In this document: one piece after another, positions 1-20,767 of the stretch | Position numbering within the stretch: the stretch's first letter is position 1 | How the letters are laid out: every line of letters starts with the position of its first letter | Origin: the human T2T-CHM13v2.0 reference genome, Homo sapiens | Assembly (NCBI RefSeq): GCF_009914755.1 | Contig: NC_060938.1 | Length of the DNA: 64,000 bases | Direction: 5' to 3' (one strand) | Translations under genes and position numbers: made by a program | Notes under the pieces: model-generated | Databases searched by the model: none | Seen by the model: the letters and a program-made list of their open reading frames with translations, nothing else | Told to the model about the DNA's origin: nothing

Positions 1-11
1 CTTAAAAAAAA

Positions 12-299
12 TTATTTTTATTTAAGACAGAGTCTTTGTCACCCAGGCTGGAGTGCAGTGGCACAATGATGGCTCACTGCAGCCTTGACCTCCTGGGCTC
101 AAGCAATCCTTCTACCTCAGCCTCCTGTCTAGCTGGAACCAGAGGCATGTACCAACATGCCCGGTTAATTTTTTACTTTTTGTAGAGACAGGGTCTCCTT
201 ATGTTGCCTTCGTTGGTCTTGAACTCCTGGGCTCAAGCGATTCTCCCTTCTTGGCCTCCCAAAGCGCTGGGATTGCAAGATGAGCCACTGCACCTGGCC
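12..299 (-). mobile_element. Alu (AluJ-like)
   Basis: Reverse-complement Alu dimer with cctgggctcaagcaatcct J-type positions. Confidence 0.9.
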
Positions 300-2599
300 A
301 CATTTTATTTTTAAATTTTGGCTTTTTAAGCAATTAAAGGGAGTCCAAGAAGTGAAGATAGAAAGTGGGGAGAAGAAAAACGCAGGGGAGTATTTTGTTG
401 TTTCATTAGCTGTTATGTATTTATATATGTATGTATTTTTGAATGTAAGTATATTCACAAGGGATATAGGCATATTCTAAGTGACTGTTATAAAGGGCTG
501 AGCTTTTATAGTTATTGAAATTTCTGTGAGCTTTTGAATAGCTCAGAGAGAAACCTCTTCTGAGCCTGAAAAATAGCTTTTTCTCTATTTTCTATATCCT
601 TTTAAATGAGCACATGTAAGTGGTTTTTACTATTATTGATATTAACAGGATTAAAGGCAGCTAAACAAGTATAGAAAGTGCAGAAAAATAGAAAAAAAAT
701 CACTGTTTTCCCATTCTCTTAGCAAAATTATTAATATGTTTATATATTTCTTTTGAGGCTTTTTTTTGGTAAATGACAATGAGGACACAAACAGATCTCA
801 TTTCTCCCACTGATATTTCAGAAGCAAATATTGTTTTCAGAATATTTTTGTTTTCCTTGCAAGGCTGAAGATTTTACTAAATGAGATAGATTGTCCTTGG
901 GTTAAGAAGTTTCTTTTGGAACTTTAGTACTGTGCATTGGAAATTGACATTGGCCTGAAGTTTAGGAGGTATGTCAGTTGAGATGATATTTGATTATGGA
1001 CCTAGGAAAACCCAAATCTTGTTCTTAAAAGGTTATCCTTCTCAGTGTGGTCCCCTGACTACATATAGGAAGAGGTCAAGGTCTGGTAATTCATATTACT
1101 TTCTGGGCCCATTCCTAATGTAATACTCTGATGAGCTAGGCCTAACATATGCAGACTGCTTTCCCTTTTTGAGGTGGGTTTGTGTAGCTTGGAACCAAGT
1201 CATGTGGTAATCTGCTCCATTTATTTTGACTTTAGTTACAGTCTAGAGCAAAGTTTTGGATTTTCCGTTCCAACAGGAGAAATAGACACAACTGCAAGAA
1301 CCAGAGAGTAACCTGCAATGGTCTAGAGAATTCAAGTGTGCAGCCCTGCCTGAGTCTTTAGCCATTTTTGGCTGGAGAACTTTCTTCTGATGGCTGACCT
1401 GGTCTTGTGAGAGAGAAGAAAAGGCTGGCTCTTGACCCTTCTGACTGCTTCACTGCTCAGGCCTTGAACCTTCTGGCAGAAGAGAAAGGAAAAGGCATAG
1501 ACAGATTTTAAGAGCATTCTGTCCCGTTTTAAAGTGTAGGGTAAACATAATCAACCTGGTTTGTGAGCTGCCTATTTGACACATCATGTAGATGAATACT
1601 TTTTCCTTTAGAGACAACTACATTATTTTTCCCTTGGTATTGCCAAACTAGAACTAGTCTCTCTTAGTAAATTGCTCCTATGAAAAAGAGAACATGCTAT
1701 TTTCTCATGAGAATGAATGTTTAAAAGTCATTTTATGTATTTTGTGTTGTAGGAGTGGGTGGGGGAATAAAGGCACTTAGCTTTGATGGACTGGCCCATG
1801 AAGCACTGGTATACCACTCATCTTGAACGCACAATAGAAGTTCCTGTTGAATTTAGAAGTTCTATTTCCTGTTGGTTTAATTTTAGATAGAAAGAGCAAC
1901 TTTCCTGTTAAGAACTCATGGGAATGTACTGAGAAGTGTTAAACAATGAACACTTGTTAAACTTCAATAGCAAACCAAAGGCCTGGGAGAAGTGGGAAAG
2001 CAGGAACTAAGAAATAAAAGGGAAGTGCAAGTGGGAGAGTCAAGTCAGATTCTCATCAGGTACTAATGTACTTCTGGTCTGTGCTCTGTTCCAGTTACTA
2101 CCTTTCAACCTTTTGCAGGAAGAAATGCAGATAGTGTTGATATGAACATATTGCCACCTGTGCAAACAATAAGAGCCAAAATACTATGCGGGGCGGGGGG
2201 ATTATACAGCATTTTTTAAAGTAGGGAAACTTGCTTAAGGGCTTTAGAAATAATTTCTAATGTTCATATCCTACGGCCCGGAAAACTGGCAACAGATTAT
2301 TTTCACTTTTTAATATGAACCCTTGGTATGGATAGAATTGAATTGTCCAAGGTCTAGTCAGTCATGGAGCTAGGTAAAGAAAGAAAGCCTATTGATTCCC
2401 AGATATGATGAGCTCTTCGTGTAGCAGGGTCTTCAGTTAAACGCAATACGACTATATTTGGGGGATAAACAGGAGATTTTCTTCATACTATCAAACATCA
2501 TGATAAATGAATAATTACAATTATAAAGATAATTATTTCATGAATTGATATGAGTCCAACTAAGAAATGTAGATAAGTGATAAAAATGCAAAGTAAAAT

Positions 2600-3450
2600 A
2601 AAAATATATTTTCCACATTTAAGTTTTAAGTCCATATGGATTTATTTGGGTACATGTCATGAAATACACCAAAAAATTGCACCAAATAGTTGTCCAGTTG
2701 TCTCAGCACAATTTATTGAAAAATTCTTTTATCATCAATTTAATGCTGCCTTTATAATATAACTAATATTATATTTAATCCTTTTTCTCACTTTCTCAGT
2801 GTAGCTATTGATTTTAGCAGCAGTTTTTCAGTTCTAATTCTTTTATCTGTAAACCTTTTATTTATCTGGTTGCTCTTCATTGAGGGACAAGTGCTCCCTT
2901 GTCATTTATGTTTTCCATTTTTTTTTTTTGGCTAATCCAGCCTGTTTATTATTTCAAATGAATTCAGAATTACCTTTCAAAGTTCAAAATATCATTTTCA
3001 GAGTTTTGCACTGGCATGAAACCAAACCAGTATTTTGGGAAGACCTGATATAATTAAAATATTTGGTCTTTCCATCAAGGAACATTAACTTCCTATTTAG
3101 TTGAATCTTTCTTCAATGTCCTTCAGTAAAATTTTAAAAATTTAATCACCTAGTTTCAGTACATTTTTTTGTTAGGTTTATGCCTAGATACTTACTTTAA
3201 AAAATATTACAAATGAAATTTTACCATTATAGTAAAAAAATTGTTTTAAATAAGGACAGGGGCTCTGTTGCCCAGGCTAGAGTCCATTATGTTTTTGATA
3301 GGACCATTTTGGTACAAAGAAATTATTGGGGGATATATACATATATATATATTTTAAATTCAAATCTCTTGCAGAATCCTATTAGAGTTCTAGTGTCTGT
3401 GTTTTCAGTAGATAATCATATCTGGAAATAATGATGACATTCCAGAGGTG
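2600..3450 (-). mobile_element. Old degraded L1M fragment
   Basis: Patchy similarity to antisense L1 ORF2 (ccagttgtctcagcacaatttattgaa; ttaggtttatgcctagatactt). Boundaries approximate. Confidence 0.55.
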
Positions 3451-3782
3451 TTTCTGCCTTACTGTTTTATTTATTTTCAAAGAAACTTGACCTTAGGTAT
3501 TCTCTAAAGACTTCTAGTTCATTGTATTTTGTTTTACTTTCATTGTTTTACCCTGATTTCTTGAAATGCTCCTCTTGGTGTGTTCTGTGGAACACTGTCC
3601 TCTTCGTTTTTCTAACTCTCTGATTACTCTTGCCCCTCCCGCCTCACACAGGTAAGTGTGCCACAGAACCTGCCATCGGTTCCCTATTTATATTTACTGC
3701 TAGCCTGGCTTTGTGTAATGATCTTTCAAGATCTCAAAATCTACTTATGATCATAGCTAGCTGGCCCTGCTGAATAACAGAA

Positions 3783-3854
3783 TTTTTTAAAATTGTAGTT
3801 AAAATCCACATAACAAAATTTGTCCTCTTTACCATTTTAAAGTGTACAGTTCAG
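3783..3854 (-). mobile_element. 72-bp 5'-truncated L1M 3' terminus
   Basis: aaaatccacataacaaaattt...ttaaagtgtacagttcag, flanked by direct repeat tgaataacagaa (3771-3782, 3855-3866). Confidence 0.75.
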
Positions 3855-4454
3855 TGAATAACAGAAGTTTTATTATGACTAAGACTTCATTAGGCTGACT
3901 CAAAGTCCCTATTTTTTGAAGGAGCTTTCATTGCTCCCATTCATTCCTAATCATTGGCCAGGTCCTGTCAGTTTTACCTTGCTTTGTCTCTGTTTTTACT
4001 GTGCTTCATTATCAAGGTCAGACTCAGGCTCCAGCTACCAGATTCTTACTTGTCCTGCCAGCCTTTATTCTTTCTTCTAGTCAATATATCAAGTTACTTT
4101 TCTGCTAAAAATTTTGAGTGGTTTCCAGTAGCTCACAGAAAAAGTACAGAGAGTGGCACTGAAGGCCTCATAATCTAGCTGCAGCCTGCTCTGAGGCTTC
4201 CCCCATTCCCTTCCTACACACTGCTGTGGCTCAGGTGACACTTGGAGGGAGTGAGCTGGGTAAGGAAGGGGACACCTGGGACCAGCTGGAGAGAGAAGGG
4301 GAAACAGCTGTCTAGCCACAAGAACTGGGATTTGGCCCTTGCACTGACAGACCCTTCATTTTTCTTTTTTTTCAGAGAAACTGCAAATCTGAATTGGTTT
4401 ATGAAAATCTTCCAATTTAAAATAGCTGGCTATGAATTAAGATTGTGGAAGTAA

Positions 4455-4750
4455 GCCAGACATGGTTGCTCATGCCTGTAATTCCAACACTTTGGAAGGC
4501 TGAGGTGGGAGGATGGCATGAGCCCAGGGAGTTAGAGACCAGCCTGGGCAACACAAGGAGACTGAGTCTTTACAAAAAATTAAAGTATTAGCTGGATGTG
4601 GTGTACCACATTTGGTCGCAGCTACTCAGGAGGCTTAGGTGGGAGGATCGCTTGAGCCCAGGAGGCCGAGGCTGCACTAAGCCATGATCATGCCACTGTA
4701 CTCCAGTCACATGGGCAACAGAGCGAGATCTTGTCTCAAAAAAAGAAAAA
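4455..4750 (+). mobile_element. Alu (AluJ-like)
   Basis: Dimeric Alu with gggaggatcgcttgagcccagg and an A tail. Confidence 0.9.
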
Positions 4751-5190
4751 ATTGTTGAAATACTCTGAACTATATGGGCTGAATGATCCAGGCCTCAGGC
4801 CACAGTTTGTGGCCTTTATTCTGTTGTAGCAGGGGTCCTGGGGATTTTCTAAGCTATGTTTAGTATGATGCTGCTTGCCTGGAAGTGGAACATTACTAAT
4901 TAGAGTCTAAAGAAATGTTAAAAGAAATCCAATAGGGGTTTGGGAAGCCTCCACCGAAAAAAATGACTGTTTTAGAGGTTTTTCATGGTTCTTGTGAAAG
5001 GGCCAATAGGTGGATATAAAATTACATGATAATTTTACCCGCTTGTGCCTCAGGGAGCACGGTGAGGTTCTCTTATGAGAAGCTTTGCTGAGCTGAAATT
5101 TTATTCCAGTTTTGTTTTATATTTATGTATATACGCACACAACATATGTGATTGTTTTGGGGGCTTACTTTACAGGTCAAATTTGTCAAG

Positions 5191-6129
5191 ATGTCCACAA
5201 TCCCGAGACACTTTGGCCTGAAATACAAAGAGGAATCGTATATGTTTAAAGAGCTTGAGAAAGTTCGGCAGGAAACTAAAAAGGATTTTCTCCGATTCAA
5301 GCAGAAGTTGGCCTCCAAGCCGGCTGTAGATGAAAGCCCAGTCCACAGCCTCCATGCCCCCGGCCCGGCCCGCCCCGCGCGCGTTTCCTGCGCCGCAGCC
5401 CGGACGTCGAGAAGATACCCTTCGCTTAAAGGCCCTGCGATGTCCGCGGCCGCCCTCCTGCAGGAGGTGCTCGGAGGCGCGCCGCGTCCCTCGGGCCTGG
5501 GTGAGGCGGCGGCTCCAGGCAAGACCCGGTCGTTTCGCCCCCGGGACTTTTACTTGCGGAGCTCCGCGTTCCTACGGCACCAGGCCCTGAAAAAGCCCCC
5601 AGTCATCGCCTCGGGGTTCGGCACGGCCAGACCCGTGGTCCTGCTGCCTCCGCCCGAGCCACCCGTGAAGCGCAGAGCGCGCGGGGTCTTGGAGAGCTCG
5701 CGGCACGCGGCTCCCAGGCGGGTCTTCCACTTGGGAAGGGAGCGCGAACAGAGCCAGGAGGTAGCTCCTCTCGCAGGGCCCTGCATGGCCAAAGAGAGGA
5801 AGGCCAGCTCCGTCTCCGCAGAGGACGGCTACATGGAGGCCAGCAGCGGGCGGAGGAAAGTGAGGATCCGCAGCAACTTCGTGAGCGAGAGCGGGGCCCG
5901 CGAGGCGCGGGAAGCGGCGGGGTTAGGAGCCCAGGGAGAACAGGAGAGCTGGCCGCCCAGCGACGCGCGGGAGGCCGCCTGGCAGGCGCTGCTGCCCTCC
6001 CGCGTGATCCCCACGTCCATCGAAGAGATCATCGCCTCTCTGCAGTCCGAGGCCCAGCTGGCCTCCGACCAGACCATCAAAGAGCTCATACGGAGCGTCC
6101 TTGGCCAGAACTACGACATTACAATGGAA
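5191..6129 (+). CDS. TTC6: Coding part of a large CpG-rich exon (exon 5176-6129); N-terminal 313 aa of the long TTC6 isoform
   Basis: Acceptor ttactttacag|GTC at 5175/5176; ATG at 5191 with A at -3; open frame MSTIPRHFGLKYKEES...GQNYDITME; donor GAA|gtaggt at 6129/6130 (phase 0), matching the phase-0 acceptor at 63249. Gene name is from recall of the protein N-terminus, not a search. Confidence 0.85.
5330..6110. promoter_or_regulatory. Intragenic CpG island contained within the coding exon
   Basis: Sharp switch to GC-rich, CpG-dense sequence (e.g. cggcccggcccgccccgcgcgcg) against AT-rich flanks. Confidence 0.9.
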
Positions 6130-6654
6130 GTAGGTGAACCAAAACAAGAGTAACATTTTTCCCAAATGCAATTTGGGTTACATTACATATGTAAGAGTAG
6201 TTTATTATGGATAATATTTCAGTGCATAAGGTGTCATGTATTATAACACAAAAACACTGGGGTGTTATTCAACTTCTTTGCATTTTGTTTGAATTTTCCA
6301 TTTGAATTTTTGAATTTTCTGTCTTATCCTCTTTGAAAAGTGAAGGAAACTGAGCCATGATCCCAGAAACTGGTTCAGAGAACATTAGCTGAAGACTTCA
6401 GTAATAACGTCACTAGGAGCCTTCCCCTTCAAAGGTTTCGTGATTATTTAGTGTTAAAGGAACAGGCATTTTATGTGAAAAACTCTTTTTTCTGTTACAG
6501 TTTAGTATTATTAGTAGTAAATTACAGCAAAAGTGCATTTATATTCTAAGAAGATCAGCATGTTACTATTTATAAGAATTCTATATTTTCAGTGAAAGTC
6601 ATTCTCTTGAAACATTTTTAAAAACTTTATTTTCTATGTCTTCCCAATCATAGA

Positions 6655-6862
6655 GATTTGTAAGTGCTTCTTGTGTGCCAAACTCTATGGGACACACTTT
6701 ACATGCATTTTTGTCCCCATGACAACCCTATCAGGTCAATAGATACTAATAAAAGTCCTGTCTGACGTGGAGGCCTTCTAGCTTTAGTGAAGTTAAAAAA
6801 GATTGGCACAGTGTTCTGGAGCTAATGCATGGCAGAGCTGGGATTCCACCCCAGGCAGTCTC
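6655..6862 (-). mobile_element. MIR
   Basis: ggcagagctgggattccaccccaggcagtct matches the reverse complement of the MIR 5' part. Confidence 0.65.
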
Positions 6863-7759
6863 ATCCAAGACACTGAGCTGGAACCATGCCCAGGACAGCC
6901 CATTGATTCACTATGACTTGTCCCTGGCAGGAAGCTAAGCTAGATGGGGTCATATTTAAGTTTAAGATATTTTGTCCATTATACAGACTTTGCTGTGGCA
7001 GGGACATTGACAGCAAAAGCAGTAACAAGGGAACTTGAGCCCCAAACCCAAAGAAAGAAAGAAAGAAAGAAAAAATATGAGACACGGTCTTTTTTGAGAA
7101 TGACAGAAGCAAGAAGATTCTATTACTGTTCTTGGCTGCAGCTACAAATATCTTATTAGTACACAGAATACTGCTACTGCATTATGTCTTTAAAATTGTT
7201 TCAGCCCCAGAATACACTCTTGGCTGTGATTTAAGGAATGTGACCATAAAGGGAAGCAAAAACAGGTATGAACAAGAGTCTCTGGTGTTGCCTTTGGCCT
7301 AATGTTTGTGGGCAGAGTATGACAAATGTTCTGAGTTGAGACTCACACCTCCCCATTGTTACTGAACAAGATTAGGGTGACTGCTCAGGCCATTTCAAAA
7401 TGGGTATTTCTAGTTAGATTTTCTGTGAATCTAATAAGAAAACAAATCAGGGATGCCCAATGAAGAGCCTTAGCAAAGAGAAGAAAGGCCTCGGTGCCCC
7501 TACTTCTGACATAGGCTCCATGCTCTACGACATAGTTAAGGTACTTGACATGAAGAGAGGATGGTATTAGAAACTGGTCCAGAGGTCCCGTACAGTTGAG
7601 GAAAGTTATACCTCAGAGCAGGGTCCCATAAGAAAGATTGTATTTTGACAGGCTCAAATGGACTTAGGGATATATGAAGAGAGACTATTAAATGAATAAT
7701 GAACATTGCAGTGTATTCAGCTCTTTTACCAGAAGTGTTAATTCCTCTTGTGTATTCTT

Positions 7760-8046
<287 letters not shown>

Positions 8047-8391
8047 CCACTTGTGTATTCTTTTTATGGCATTTCTCCTACATATTGTTTTATGTCGGAG
8101 AGTGGCATGGATCATGGAGCATTAGAATCAAGTGTATCTTGGACAGCATCAGGTGTCTCAGTCCCATCTCTGCCTCTCATTATCTTGATTTTTTGAGTGC
8201 AGCCTGGATTTCGTTCTTGGCTTTTAAAATTTTGACACCCCCACCCCACAACAATTCCAGAAGATAGAGCTTGCATTTCTTAAAGTAAAAGTGGCTTCAG
8301 AAGTTTTATTAGGGTGAAAAATGTACAATGGGGAATTTGTTGAAATGGCACTGGGTGGCAGGTGAGAGATAGCAATAAGAATGCAAGTATA

Positions 8392-8724
<333 letters not shown>

Positions 8725-9041
8725 TTATGATTTTAAAAATTCTTAAGAAGATTCGAATAAGGACTTTTGTTTTAAACGTTTGGGGCTTATGTAAATGATG
8801 TTCTTTCCAGGAAAAACAAGGAACATGATTCTTCCCTTTAGAAATCATAACTTGCAGCCACATAGCAATCCCTAGAGGGAAGCTGAGAGGTAAGATGATC
8901 TCAGCAGGCTGGACTGTCTTTGTTGAGAGCTTGGGAAAGGACATTCCACATGCAGCACTTGGAGGTCCATAGTTACCTGGGCCTGGAGTTGCAAAGAATA
9001 CGGAGGGTTAAACTTAGCTGTCAAATGTCAGACATCTAAAC

Positions 9042-9273
9042 CAGGATTTCTCAACATTGGCACTATTGACATTTTGGGCCACTTAATTTTTCATTGAAGG
9101 TGGCTGTCCTGTGAATTGTAGGATGTTTCAAGGCATCCGTGGCTTCTATACACTAGATACTAGTAGCACCTCCCAAGTCATAACAATAAAAAATGTCTCT
9201 AGATGTTGCCAGATGAGCCCTTGAGGCGGGGGCAAAATTATGCCATCCTCTTTTATCCAATTGAGAACCACTG
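9042..9273 (-). mobile_element. MER20 (hAT-Charlie MITE)
   Basis: Ends caggatttctcaac...ttgagaaccactg; 8-bp TSD atctaaac/acctaaac. Confidence 0.85.
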
Positions 9274-10411
9274 ACCTAAACAGTATGCATATACCATGGC
9301 AGGAGAAGTAGAAATGTTATGAATGTTTGTTTTGCTAAGACATTCAATAGTATCAGTCACAAAAATACATTCTAATTACATGTGGCTGGGGTTCACAGAC
9401 CACTTTCCAGATGTTAATTGGAGGATGAAGTATCCAGGTGGTCCTTGCTTCTGTCATGCGTAGTTGTTTTTGATCATATAACTCAAAAGGAAAACGGCTT
9501 AATATGACCTAGATAAGAGAAAATTCATAGTCCAAGGTCTCCCATAAGCAAATAACATACAGTCTACAAAAATGTTATGTTATAAAACTTAAGCTTATGT
9601 TTGCCTCGGGGAAGATGAAATAGATATCCTTTTTCTCTATTCTTCCTGCTAAGTAAAACTAACTATAAACCCTGAACATTATATATAAAACAAATACCAG
9701 AAGACCCCAAAACGTGAATAGCAGAAGACAGCTCATCTAGGGACTTTGGGACACAAGGAATGAACTGGTGGTGAATTCTCTGACTTTTCTTTTTGCCTAA
9801 TTTCTCCCAGACTTGTAGCTAAAGAAGCTGGTAACATACATAGGAATGCCAATGGTTACAGCTAGAAAAATCTGCAACAAAAGCCTGCTCTTTAGCCAAA
9901 GGATCAGGAAAGGGGCAGCCTAGCAAGACAAAAAATTTTTAGACGATAACTATGTTACTCCAGCTAAATACTGCGGAAAAACCTGTGGCCCCACTCCCAC
10001 CCCACCACTCAAGGCTGAATGGGGAGCCTGTATTTCTAATATAATTTCGGTATTTGTTCACACTCAAATCTCATGTTGAATTTTAATCCTCAGTGCTGCA
10101 GGTGGGGCCTGGTGGGAGGTGTTTGGGTCATGGTGGGATCCCTCATGGCTTGGTGCTCTCTTTGCAACTGTGGGAGAGTTCTTGCAAGATCTGGCCATTT
10201 AAAAATGTGTGGCCCCTTCCCCCCACTCTCTCTTGCTCCTACTTTCATCATGTGAAGTGCCTGCTCCCACTTTGCCTTCCACTATGATTTTTAGCTTCCT
10301 GAGGCCTCCCCAGAAGGCGATGCCAGATCTGTGCATCCCGTACAGCCTGTAGAACCATGAGCCTATTAAACCTCTTTCCTTTATAAATTACCCAGTCTCT
10401 GGTATTTCTTT

Positions 10412-16693
<6,282 letters not shown>

Positions 16694-18807
16694 CAGGTAT
16701 TTCTTTATAGCAACACAAGAACAGCCTAATACAATTTCCAGTATCAACGGGCTGTTACAAGTTCCCCCTACCCCTTCCCAGTGGGATGGAGACAGTGGAG
16801 TGTCTAAACTTTCAACATCGTCCAGAAGTAAAGAGGCCACTCGCTCCCTCTTCCCTCTGGTGTCAATGGAGGCCATGTGGAGAACAGTAATGAGACACTC
16901 CTATTCTTTCCAACTAGGATGGGATCAGCAGAGGCCTAGAGGGGAGCCAAAACTCCTAGTCCCACCATGCAGTAACAAGGAGGCCCCCATCCCTGGTGCC
17001 AGTAAAGGCTGAGTGGGAACCTAGACTTCTACCTCCAGTTGGTAGTAACAGGGGAAGTGCCTCCCTGCGCTGCCTCTTTTAGAGCAGTGTCAGAGAAAGC
17101 CAGCTAAAACAGAAAGTCAAAGTAATATCCAGACTCTCATAATATCCAAAATGTCCAGGTTTTAATAGAAAATCACTCATTATGCCAAGATCCAGAAACA
17201 TCTCAATTTGAAAGAAAAAAAAGACAATTAATAGATGCCAAAGTCAAGATGACAGAGATGTTGGAATTATCTAACAAAGATTTTACAGCAGTTCCTCTAC
17301 CAAAGTACCTCAGTGAGCAATTATGAATGTACTTGAAACAAACAGAAAAGTAGAAATTCTTAGCAGAAAAGTAGAAAGTCTCAGTAAAGAAAAAAAAATC
17401 AAAGAAGAACCAAAGGAAATTTTTAGTACTGGAAAATATAATAACTGAAATAAAAACTCAGCAAATGGGTTCATTAGCTGATTGGAGAAGACAGAGAAAA
17501 GAATCAGTGAACTTGGAGAACAATACAATATACTTGAGCTGAAAACAGAGACAGTAGACTGAGGGAAAAAAAATGACAGAGCCTTACGGACCTGTGGGAC
17601 TAAAACAAAAGACATAACTTGGTGTCATCATAGTCCTGGAAGAAGGGGAAAAAGAGGGCAGGACTGAAAAAGTACAAAAAGAAATAATGGCTAGAAACTT
17701 CCCAAATGTGGCAAGAGACATAAACCTACATATATTCAAGAAGATGCTGAGTGAACTCCAAACCAAAGAAATCCACACTAAAATCCATAATAGTAACACT
17801 TCTGAAAACTAAAGTCAAAGAAACAAAAATTTAAAGCAGTGAGAGAGAAACAATATGTTAACCAATATGAGAAAATAATTTGAGAGTAGATTTCTCATTG
17901 AAAACTATTATAGTCAGAAGGCATTGACACAGCATTTTGAAATGCTGAAAGAAAAGAACTACCAGAATTCTATTTCCAGTGAAATAATTTCCTAAGAATG
18001 AAGGGGAAATCAACACATTCTCAGATGAAGTAAAGTAGGACTTTTTTTTTCCAGCAGTTCTACCCTAGAAGGATGAGTAAAGGAAGTTCTCTAAACAGAA
18101 AAGATTAGAAAAAAGAATTCTTGGAGCACTAGGAAGAAAGAACATAATAAACAAAACTATGGCTACATACAATAGATTTTCCTTCTCCTCTTGCGTTTTC
18201 TAGATTGTGTTTGATGATTGATGCTAGAATTATAACACTGTCTGATGTGGCTCTAAATGCTGGTAGAGGAAATATTTAAGAAAATTACAGATAGAGGAGT
18301 TAAAGTGGATATAAAGGGAGGTAAGGTTTTCATGTGTAACTCTAATTGGAACAATTTCCATTCTAGGAGACCGTGCTAATGGTACTGGTATCATGTACTA
18401 TCTACAGAAATGACTAAAAAAGGTATACAAAGCGATTCACTCAAAAAACAGTATAGACACATCAAAATAGAATTCTAAAAAATGTTGTTACCCATAGGAA
18501 GGCAGGTACAAACAGAAAGAACAAAAAGAAAACAAAAAAATAAAGTGGCAGACTTAAATCCTAAGATATCAGTAACTGTAAGTGGTCTAAATGTACCAAC
18601 TGAAAGGCAGAGATTGGCAGGTGGTTTAAAAATATGACTCAATGATATATTGTCTACGAGAAATGTTTTTCCAATATGATGATATTGGTAGGCTGAAAGT
18701 AAAGTATGAAAAATATATATCATGCATATATTAGTTGGGAGGAACCAGGAGTGGCTATATCAATACCAGATAAGGTAGACTTCAGAGCAAAGAAAATTAC
18801 CAGAGAT

Positions 18808-19125
<318 letters not shown>

Positions 19126-20600
19126 TTACCAGAGACAAACAGGACTTTATAATATTGTAAAAGGATCAACACACCAGGAAGACAAATCACAGTTTTAGGC
19201 ATGTATTTACCAAATAACAGAGCTACAAAATATGTGAAGTAAAAACTGGAAGGAGAGATAGACGAATTGAAAATTATAGTTAAAAACGCGTAACACCCTT
19301 CTTTCAGCAATTGGTAGAAAAACTAGACAGAAGATCTCTAAGGATATAGAAGAACTCAAGGACCCTATCAGCCACTAGGCTCTAACCTACATTTTTAGAA
19401 TACTTTACCCAACAACAGGAGAATACACATTTTTGTCAACTGCCCGTGGATCATATACTAAGATGGACCATATCTTGGGCCATAAAATGAACCTTAATAC
19501 ATCTAAAAGAATTGAAACTATATAGACTGTATTCTCTGACCCTATGGAGTCAAACTAGAAATTGATAACAAAATGATGATAGGAAAATCCTCAAACACTT
19601 GGAAACTAAACAATACAATTCTGAATAATCCATGGGTCAAAGAGGAAGTCTCAGGGAAATAAAAAAAATTGAGCTGCTTTGTAAAAAAAAAAGTCAAAAT
19701 TTGTATACCACAGCCGTAGTAATGATGAGGGGAAAATTAATAGCACTAAATGTATACATTAGGAAAGAGAAAAAGCATCAGATCAATTATCTAACTTTCC
19801 ACCTAATGTTATAATGGCTGGTTTACTGAAATAAGTAACATGGTATCCACTTGAAAGAAAATTACATTTAAAGCCATTTGATCCAAGCAAATTTTATTAT
19901 AGTTATAGAAAAACAGATTTCTAAAATTTAATGAAAAGGCAGAGGAAGTAGAATGGTTGAAATAATTTTGAAAAAGAAGAAAAAAGTGGGAGGTATCAGT
20001 GTACTTTATTGCAAGCTTTATTATTTAGGTATAGTAATCAAGACTGTGTGATATTGGGGTGGAGGGGAGAGAGAGTGGAATAGAGAACACAGAAGTGGAG
20101 CCACACAGATATGCCCAATTGATTTGACAAAGTGCAGAAGCAGTTAACTTCATTTCAACAAATGGTTCTGGAACTAGTAGACATCCACAGGCAAAACAAC
20201 AACAACAAACAAACAAACCAAACCAAAAAAGAAGAACGAAAAACAAAAACCAAAAAACAAAACCACAAGAAAAAAAAACCCACCTCAATCTGTCTCATGG
20301 ACTTAAATGTAAAACAATAAAACTTTCAGACAAAAACATAGAAGAAAATCTTCTAAATCTCAGGCTAAGAGTCCTTAGACTTGACACCAAATGTCTGATC
20401 CAAAGGACAAATTGAGACATTGGACTTTACCCAAATTAAATTTTTTTGTTCTACAAAAGACCCTGTTAAGACGATGAAATGACAAGCTGTGGACTGGGAG
20501 GAAATATTTGCAAACCACACATTCAGTAAAGGACTGGTATCTTGAATTTATAAAGAACTCTCAAAACTCTACAGTAGAAAAATCCAATTAGAAAATGGAC

Positions 20601-20767
20601 ACCATTGTGGTGGGTCATGCCTGTAGTCCCAGCCACTCACATGGCTGAGGCAGGAGGATCTCTCGAACCAAAGAGTTTCAGGTTACAGTGAGCTATGATC
20701 GTGCCACTGCACTCCTACCTGGGTGACAGAGTGAGACCGGGTCCTGAGGAAAAAAAAGAGAAAAAAA
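20601..20767 (+). mobile_element. Alu right monomer (FRAM or truncated AluJ)
   Basis: Single monomer with ggttacagtgagctatgatcgtgccactgc and an A tail. Confidence 0.8.

Noticed and set aside
5152-6153. 333-aa ORF as a complete single-exon gene
   Set aside because: Its TTG start lies upstream of a splice acceptor and its last 7 codons lie past a donor; it is better explained as an internal exon.
5073-6171. Overlapping antisense and alternate-frame ORFs (61-149 aa)
   Set aside because: Expected by-products of a GC-rich, stop-poor exon; no independent gene signals.
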